Shown here: one piece after another, positions 48,801 through 57,429 of the stretch
How the letters are laid out: each line of letters begins with the position of its first letter
Position numbering within the stretch: the first letter of the stretch is position 1
Origin: Nemertoderma westbladi
Taxonomy: Eukaryota > Animalia > Xenacoelomorpha
Length of the DNA stretch: 57,429 bases
Assembly (NCBI GenBank): GCA_032718475.1
Contig: JAUCBJ010009000.1
Coordinates: 1 to 57,429 of the forward strand
Direction: 5' to 3'
Notes under the pieces: generated by a model
Told to the model about the DNA's origin: nothing
What the model saw: only the letters and a program-made list of their open reading frames with translations
Database searches by the model: none
Position numbers and translations under genes: made by a program

Positions 48801-51800
48801 AACACCCAATCATGTTTGTTCCCCCGACTTTTGCAAACTCGTTCGAACGACTTTACAAAACTCGGGGAAACAAATCTAATTGGCTGGAGTGGTTTCTATA
48901 CCAAAAAACACCCAATCATGTTTGTTCCCCCGACTTTTGCAAACTCGTTCGAACGACTTTACAAAACTCGGGGAAACAAATCTAATTGGCTGGAGTGGTT
49001 TCTATACCAACAAACACCCAACCAAGCTTGTTCCCCCGACCTTTGCAAACTCGTTCGAACGACTTTACAAAACTTTGGGAAACAAATCTAATTGGCTGGA
49101 GTGGTTTCTATACCAAAAAACACCCAATCATGTTTGTTCCCCCGACTTTTGCAAACTCGTTCGTACGACTTTACAAAACTCTGGGATACAAATCTAATTG
49201 GCTGGAGTGGTTTCTATACCAAAAAAACACCCAATCATGTTTGTTCCCCCGACTTTTGCAAACTCGTTCGTACGACTTTACAAAACTTTGGGAAACAAAT
49301 CTAATTGGCTGGAGTGGTTTCTATACCAACAAACACCCAATCATGTTTGTTCCCCCGACTTTTGCAAACTCGTTCGAACGACTTTACAAAACTCTGGGAT
49401 ACAAATCTAATTGGCTGGAGTGGTTTCTATACCAAAAAAACACCCAATCATGTTTGTTCCCCCGACTTTTGCAAACTCGTTCGTACGACTTTACAAAACT
49501 TTGGGAAACAAATCTAATTGGCTGGAGTGGTTTCTATACCAACAAACACCCAATCATGTTTGTTCCCCCGACTTTTGCAAACTCGTTCGAACGACTTTAC
49601 AAAACTTTGGGAAACAAATCTAATTGGCTGGAGTGGTTTCTATACCAACAAACACCCAATCATGTTTGTTCCCCCGACTTTTGCAAACTCGTTCGTACGA
49701 CTTTACAAAACTTTGGGAAACAAATCTAATTGGCTGGAGTGGTTTCTATACCAACAAACACCCAATCATGTTTGTTCCCCCGACTTTTGCAAACTCGTTC
49801 GAACGACTTTACAAAACTTTGGGAAACAAATCTAATTGGCTGGAGTGGTTTCTATACCAAAAAACACCCAATCATGTTTGTTCCCCCGACTTTTGCAAAC
49901 TCGTTCGAACGACTTTACAAAACTTTGGGAAACAAATCTAATTGGCTGGAGTGGTTTCTATACCAAAAAACACCCAATCATGTTTGTTCCCCCGACTTTT
50001 GCAATCTCGTTCGAACGACTTTACAAAACTTTGGGAAACAAATCTAATTGGCTGGAGTGGTTTCTATACCAACAAACACCCAACCAAGCTTGTTCCCCCG
50101 ACTTTTGCAATCACGTTCGAACGACTTTACAAAACTTTGGGAAACAAATCTAATTGGCTGGAGTGGTTTCTATACCAAAAAACACCCAATCATGTTTGTT
50201 CCCCCGACTTTTGCAATCTCGTTCGAACGACGTTACAAAACTTTGGGAAACAAATCTAATTGGCTGGAGTGGTTTCTATACCAAAAAACACCCAATCATG
50301 TTTGTTCCCCCGACTTTTGCAATCTCGTTCGAACGACTTTACAAAACTTTGGGAAACAAATCTAATTGGCTGGAGTGGTTTCTATACCAAAAAACACCCA
50401 ATCATGTTTGTTCCCCCGACTTTTGCAAACTCGTTCGAACGACTTTACAAAACTTTGGGAAACAAATCTAATTGGCTGGAGTGGTTTCTATACCAAAAAA
50501 CACCCAATCATGTTTGTTCCCCCGACTTTTGCAAACTCGTTCGAACGACTTTACAAAACTTTGGGAAACAAATCTAATTGGCTGGAGTGGTTTCTATACC
50601 AAAAAACACCCAATCATGTTTGTTCCCCCGACTTTTGCAAACTCGTTCGAACGACGTTACAAAACTTTGGGAAACAAATCTAATTGGCTGGAGTGGTTTC
50701 TATACCATAAAACACCCAATCATGTTTGTTCCCCCGACTTTTGCAAACTCGTTCGAACGACGTTACAAAACTTTGGGAAACAAATCTAATTGGCTGGAGT
50801 GGTTTCTATACCAAAAAACACCCAATCATGTTTGTTCCCCCGACTTTTGCAAACTCGTTCGAACGACTTTACAAAACTTTGGGAAACAAATCTAATTGGC
50901 TGGAGTGGTTTCTATACCAACAAACACCCAACCAAGCTTGTTCCCCCGACTTTTGCAAACTCGTTAGAATGACTTTACAAAACTTTGGGAAACAAATCTA
51001 ATTGGCTGGAGTGGTTTCTATACCAACAAACACCCAACCAAGCTTGTTCCCCCGACTTTTGCAAACTCGTTCGAACGACGTTACAAAACTTTGGGAAACA
51101 AATCTAATTGGCTGGAGTGGTTTCTATACCAACAAACACCCAATCAAGTTTGTTTTGTTTCCACGACTTTTGCAAACTCGTTCGAACGACTTTACAAAAC
51201 TTTTGGAAACAAATCTAATTGGCTGGAGTGGTTTCTATACCAACAAACACCCAACCAAGCTTGTTCCCCCGACTTTTGCAAACTCGTTCGAATGACTTTA
51301 CAAAACTTTGGGAAACAAATCTAATTGGCTGGAGTGGTTTCTATACCAACAAACACCCAACCAAGCTTGTTCCCCCGACTTTTGCAAACTCGTTCGAATG
51401 ACTTTACAAAACTTTGGGAAACAAATTTAATTGGCTGGAGTGGTTTCTATACCAACAAACACCCAACCAAGCTTGTTCCCCCGACTTTTGCAAACTCGTT
51501 CGAACGACGTTACAAAACTTTGGGAAACAAATCTAATTGGCTGGAGTGGTTTCTATACCAACAAACACCCAACCAAGCTTGTTCCCCCGACTTTTGCAAA
51601 CTCGTTCGAATGACTTTACAAAACTTTGGGAAACAAATTTAATTGGCTGGAGTGGTTTCTATACCAACAAACACCCAACCAAGCTTGTTCCCCCGACTTT
51701 TGCAAACTCGTTCGAACGACGTTACAAAACTTTGGGAAACAAATCTAATTGGCTGGAGTGGTTTCTATACCAAAAAACACCCAATCATGTTTGTTCCCCC

Positions 51801-54800
51801 GACTTTTGCAAACTCGTTCGAACGACGTTACAAAACTTTGGGAAACAAATCTAATTGGCTGGAGTGGTTTCTATACCAAAAAACACCCAATCATGTTTGT
51901 TCCCCCGACTTTTGCAATCTCGTTCGAACGACGTTACAAAACTTTGGGAAACAAATCTAATTGGCTGGAGTGGTTTCTAGACCAACAAACACCCAATCAT
52001 GTTTGTTCCCCCGACTTTTGCAAACTCGTTCGAACGACGTTACAAAACTTTGGGAAACAAATCTAATTGGCTGGAGTGGTTTCTATACCAACAAACACCC
52101 AATCATGTTTGTTCCCCCGACTTTTGCAATCTCGTTAGAACGACGTTACAAAACTTTGGGAAACAAATCTAATTGGCTGGAGTGGTTTCTAGACCAACAA
52201 ACACCCAATCATGTTTGTTCCCCCGACTTTTGCAAACTCGTTCGAACGACGTTACAAAACTTTGGGAAACAAATCTAATTGGCTGGAGTGGTTTCTATAC
52301 CAACAAACACCCAACCAAGCTTGTTCCCCCGACTTTTGCAAACTCGTTCGAACGACGTTACAAAACTTTGGGAAACAAATCTAATTGGCTGGAGTGGTTT
52401 CTATACCAACAAACACCCAATCATGTTTGTTCCCCCGACTTTTGCAATCTCGTTCGAACGACGTTACAAAACTTTGGGAAACAAATCTAATTGGCTGGAG
52501 TGGTTTCTATACCAACAAACACCCAACCAAGCTTGTTCCCCCCGACCTTTGCAAACTCGTTCGAACGACTTTACAAAACTCGGGGAAACAAATCTAATTG
52601 GCTGGAGTGGTTTCTATACCAAAAAACACCCAATCATGTTTGTTCCCCCGACTTTTGCAATCTCGTTCGAACGACGTTACAAAACTTTGGGAAACAAATC
52701 TAATTGGCTGGAGTGGTTTCTAGACCAACAAACACCCAATCATGTTTGTTCCCCCGACTTTTGCAAACTCGTTCGAACGACTTTACAAAACTTTGGGAAA
52801 CAAATCTAATTGGCTGGAGTGGTTTCTATACCAACAAACACCCAACCAAGCTTGTTCCCCCGACCTTTGCAAACTCGTTCGAACGACTTTACAAAACTCG
52901 GGGAAACGAATCTAATTGGCTGGAGTGGTTTCTATACCAAAAAACACCCAATCATGTTTGTTCCCCCGACTTTTGCAATCTCGTTCGAACGACGTTACAA
53001 AACTTTGGGAAACAAATCTAATTGGCTGGAGTGGTTTCTATACCAAAAAACACCCAATCATGTTTGTTCCCCCGACTTTTGCAAACTCGTTCGAACGACT
53101 TTACAATACTTTGGGAAACAAATCTAATTGGCTGGAGTGGTTTCTATACCAACAAACACCCAATCAAGTTTGTTCCCCCGACTTTTGCAAACTCGTTCGA
53201 ACGACTTTACAAAACTTTGGGAAACAAATCTAATTGGCTGGAGTGGTTTCTATACCAAAAAACACCCAATCATGTTTGTTCCCCCGACTTTTGCAAACTC
53301 GTTCGAACGACTTTACAAAACTTTGGGAAACAAATCTAATTGGCTGGAGTGGTTTCTATACCAACAAACACCCAACCAAGCTTGTTCCCCCGACCTTTGC
53401 AAACTCGTTCGAACGACTTTACAAAACTCGGGGAAACAAATCTAATTGGCTGGAGTGGTTTCTATACCAAAAAACACCCAATCATGTTTGTTCCCCCGAC
53501 TTTTGCAATCTCGTTCGAACGACGTTACAAAACTTTGGGAAACAAATCTAATTGGCTGGAGTGGTTTCTAGACCAACAAACACCCAATCATGTTTGTTTC
53601 CCCGACTTTTGCAAACTCGTTCGAACGACTTTACAAAACTCGGGGAAACAAATCTAATTGGCTGGAGTGGTTTCTAGACCAACAAACACCCAATCATGTT
53701 TGTTTCCCCGACTTTTGCAAACTCGTTCGAACGACTTTACAAAACTCGGGGAAACAAATCTAATTGGCTGGAGTGGTTTCTAGACCAACAAACACCCAAT
53801 CATGTTTGTTTCCCCGACTTTTGCAAACTCGTTCGAACGACTTTACAAAACTCTGGGATACAAATCTAATTGGCTGGAGTGGTTTCCATACCAACAAATA
53901 CCCAACCAAGCTTGTTCCCCCGACCTTTGCAAACTCGTTCGAACGACTTTACAAAACTTTGGGAAACGAATCTAATTGGCTGGAGTGGTTTCTATTCCAA
54001 AAAACACCCAATCATGTTTGTTTCCCCGACTTTTGCAAACTCGTTCGAACGACTTTACAAAACTCTGGGATACAAATCTAATTGGCTGGAGTGGTTTCCA
54101 TACCAACAAATACCCAACCAAGCTTGTTCCCCCGACCTTTGCAAACTCGTTCGAACGACTTTACAAAACTTTGGGAAACAAATCTAATTGGCTGGAGTGG
54201 TTTCTAGACCAACAAACACCCAATCATGTTTGTTCCCCCGACTTTTGCAATCTCGTTCGAACGACGTTACAAAACTTTGGGAAACAAATCTAATTGGCTG
54301 GAGTGGTTTCTATACCAACAAACACCCAATCATGTTTGTTCCCCCGACTTTTGCAATCTCGTTCGAACGACGTTACAAAACTTTGGGAAACAAATCTAAT
54401 TGGCTGGAGTGGTTTCTATACCAACAAACACCCAATCATGTTTGTTCCCCCGACTTTTGCAATCTCGTTCGAACGACGTTACAAAACTTTGGGAAACAAA
54501 TCTAATTGGCTGGGGTGGTTTCTATACCAACAAACACCCAACCAAGCTTGTTCCCCCGACCTTTGCAAACTCGTTCGAACGACTTTACAAAACTTTGGGA
54601 AACAAATCTAATTGGCTGGAGTGGTTTCTAGACCAACAAACACCCAATCATGTTTGTTCCCCCGACTTTTGCAATCTCGTTCGAACGACGTTACAAAACT
54701 TTGGGAAACAAATCTAATTGGCTGGAGTGGTTTCTATACCAACAAACACCCAATCATGTTTGTTCCCCCGACTTTTGCAATCTCGTTCGAACGACGTTAC

Positions 54801-57412
54801 AAAACTTTGGGAAACAAATCTAATTGGCTGGAGTGGTTTCTATACCAACAAACACCCAACCAAGCTTGTTCCCCCGACCTTTGCAAACTCGTTCGAACGA
54901 CTTTACAAAACTCGGGGAAACAAATCTAATTGGCTGGAGTGGTTTCTATACCAAAAAACACCCAATCATGTTTGTTCCCCCGACTTTTGCAAACTCGTTC
55001 GAACGACTTTACAAAACTTTGGGAAACAAATCTAATTGGCTGGAGTGGTTTCTATACCAAAAAACACCCAATCATGTTTGTTCCCCCGACTTTTGCAAAC
55101 TCGTTCGAACGACTTTACAAAACTCGGGAAAACAAATCTAATTGGCTGGAGTGGTTTCTATACCAACAAACACCCAACCAAGCTTGTTCCCCCGACCTTT
55201 GCAAACTCGTTCGAGCGACTTTACAAAACTCGGGGAAACGAATCTAATTGGCTGGAGTGGTTTCTATACCAAAAAACACCCAATCATGTTTGTTCCCCCG
55301 ACTTTTGCAATCTCGTTCGAACGACGTTACAAAACTTTGGGAAACAAATCTAATTGGCTGGAGTGGTTTCTATACCAACAAACACCCAATCAAGTTTGTT
55401 TCCACGACTTTTGCAATCTCGTTCGAACGACGTTACAAAACTTTGGGAAACAAATCTAATTGGCTGGAGTGGTTTCTATACCAAAAAACACCCAATCATG
55501 TTTGTTCCCCCGACTTTTGCAAACTCGTTCGAACGACTTTACAAAACTTTGGGAAACAAATCTAATTGGCTGGAGTGGTTTCTATACCAACAAACACCCA
55601 ATCAAGTTTGTTTCCACGACTTTTGCAATCTCGTTCGAACGACGTTACAAAACTTTGGGAAACAAATCTAATTGGCTGGAGTGGTTTCTATACCAACAAA
55701 CACCCAATCATGTTTGTTCCCCCGACTTTTGCAAACTCGTTCGAACGACCTTACAAAACTTTGGGAAACAAATCTAATTGGCTGGAGTGGTTTCTATACC
55801 AACAAACACCCAATCATGTTTGTTCCCCCGACTTTTGCAAACTCGTTCGAACGACTTTACAAAACTCGGGGAAACAAATCTAATTGGCTGGAGTGGTTTC
55901 TATACCAACAAACACCCAACCAAGCTTGTTCCCCCGACTTTTGCAAACTCGTTCGAACGACTTTTCAAAACTTTGGGAAACAAATCTAATTGGCTGGAGT
56001 GGTTTCTATACCAAAAAAACACCCAATCATGTTTGTTCCCCCGACTTTTGCAAACTCGTTCGAACGACTTTACAAAACTTTGGGAAACAAATCTAATTGG
56101 CTGGAGTGGTTTCTATACCAAACAGAACCCAATCATGTTTGTTTCCCCGACTTTTGCAAACACGTTCGAACGACTTTACAAAACTCGGGGAAACAAATCT
56201 AATTGGCTGGAGTGGTTTCTATACCAACAAACACCCAATCAAGTTTGTTCTCCCGACTTTTGCAAACTCGTTCGAACGACCTTACAAAACTTTGGGAAAC
56301 AAATCTAATTGGCTGGAGTGGTTTCTATACCAACAAACACCCAATCATGTTTGTTCCCCCGACTTTTGCAAACTCGTTCGAACGACTTTACAAAACTCGG
56401 GGAAACAAATCTAATTGGCTGGAGTGGTTTCTATACCAACAAACACCCAACCAAGCTTGTTCCCCCGACTTTTGCAAACTCGTTCGAACGACTTTACAAA
56501 ACTTTGGGAAACAAATCTAATTGGCTGGAGTGGTTTCTATACCAACAAACACCCAATCATGTTTGTTCCCCCGACTTTTGCAAACTCGTTCGAACGACTT
56601 TACAAAACTTTGGGAAACAAATCTAATTGGCTGGAGTGGTTTCTATACCAAACAGAACCCAATCATGTTTGTTTCCCCGACTTTTGCAAACACGTTCGAA
56701 CGACTTTACAAAACTCGGGGAAACAAATCTAATTGGCTGGAGTGGTTTCTATACCAACAAACACCCAACCAAGCTTGTTCCCCCGACTTTTGCAAACTCG
56801 TTCGAACGACTTTACAAAACTTTGGGAAACAAATCTAATTGGCTGGAGTGGTTTCTATACCAAAAAAACACCCAATCATGTTTGTTCCCCCGACTTTTGC
56901 AAACTCGTTCGAACGACTTTACAAAACTTTGGGAAACAAATCTAATTGGCTGGAGTGGTTTCTATACCAAACAGAACCCAATCATGTTTGTTTCCCCGAC
57001 TTTTGCAAACACGTTCGAACGACTTTACAAAACTCGGGGAAACAAATCTAATTGGCTGGAGTGGTTTCTATACCAACAAACACCCAATCAAGTTTGTTCT
57101 CCCGACTTTTGCAAACTCGTTCGAACGACTTTACAAAACTCGGGGAAACAAATCTAATTGGCTGGAGTGGTTTCTATACCAACAAACACCCAATCATGTT
57201 TGTTCCCCCGACTTTTGCAAACTCGTTCGAACGACTTTACAAAACTCGGGGAAACAAATCTAATTGGCTGGAGTGGTTTCTATACCAACAAACACCCAAT
57301 CATGTTTGTTCCCCCGACTTTTGCAAACTCGTTCGAACGACTTTACAAAACTTTGGGAAACAAATCTAATTGGCTGGAGTGGTTTCTATACCAACAAACA
57401 CCCAACCAAGTT
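15826..57412. repeat. Satellite DNA array, 106-bp monomer, ~390 copies, with higher-order duplications
   Basis: Consensus AATTGGCTGGAGTGGTTTCTATACCAAMAAACACCCAATCAWGTTTGTTCCCCCGACTTTTGCAAACTCGTTCGWACGACTTTACAAAACTYTGGGAWACAAATCT. ORF-track starts recur every 106 bp, with occasional 105/107/108/111-bp variants. Confidence 0.99.
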
Positions 57413-57429
57413 TGTGACGGGATCCAGGA

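Noticed and set aside
15813-57369. Hundreds of 60-247-aa ORFs (MAGVVSIPTNTQ...)
   Set aside because: They arise from a 106-bp (non-multiple-of-3) repeat cycling through frames. Starts are mostly TTG, there are no domains, and indels are tolerated freely.
15826-57412. CRISPR-like array (palindromic repeats at regular spacing)
   Set aside because: There are no unique spacers (the whole monomer repeats), no cas genes, and the context is eukaryotic.

Overview
This is eukaryotic (probably invertebrate animal) genomic DNA at the edge of a large satellite array. From left to right it contains: a motif-rich promoter-like stretch (~680-900); a GGGT/ACCC-rich ~36-bp minisatellite that folds back on itself (~915-2640); a near-intact CR1-group (Crack/L2-like) non-LTR retrotransposon whose ORF2 is broken only by two 5-bp Tc1/mariner-type excision footprints (~2780-6355); a zone dense in TA-flanked palindromic footprints; a CpG-rich MITE-like element with E2F/NRF1-type motifs; and, directly downstream, an intronless full-domain UHRF1-family gene (8361-10865) with a degenerate Tudor methyl-lysine cage and a 9-aa-repeat insertion. 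Next come a convergent 4-exon, secreted two-domain Kazal protease inhibitor gene (reconstructed by eye, mostly missed by the ORF track), a 509-bp hAT MITE with 8-bp TSD, and a ~41.6-kb array of ~390 copies of a 106-bp monomer. The monomer is close to its own reverse complement, shows CpG-decay variants, and is organised into multi-kb higher-order duplications. The hundreds of ORFs in the array are artefacts of the repeat.
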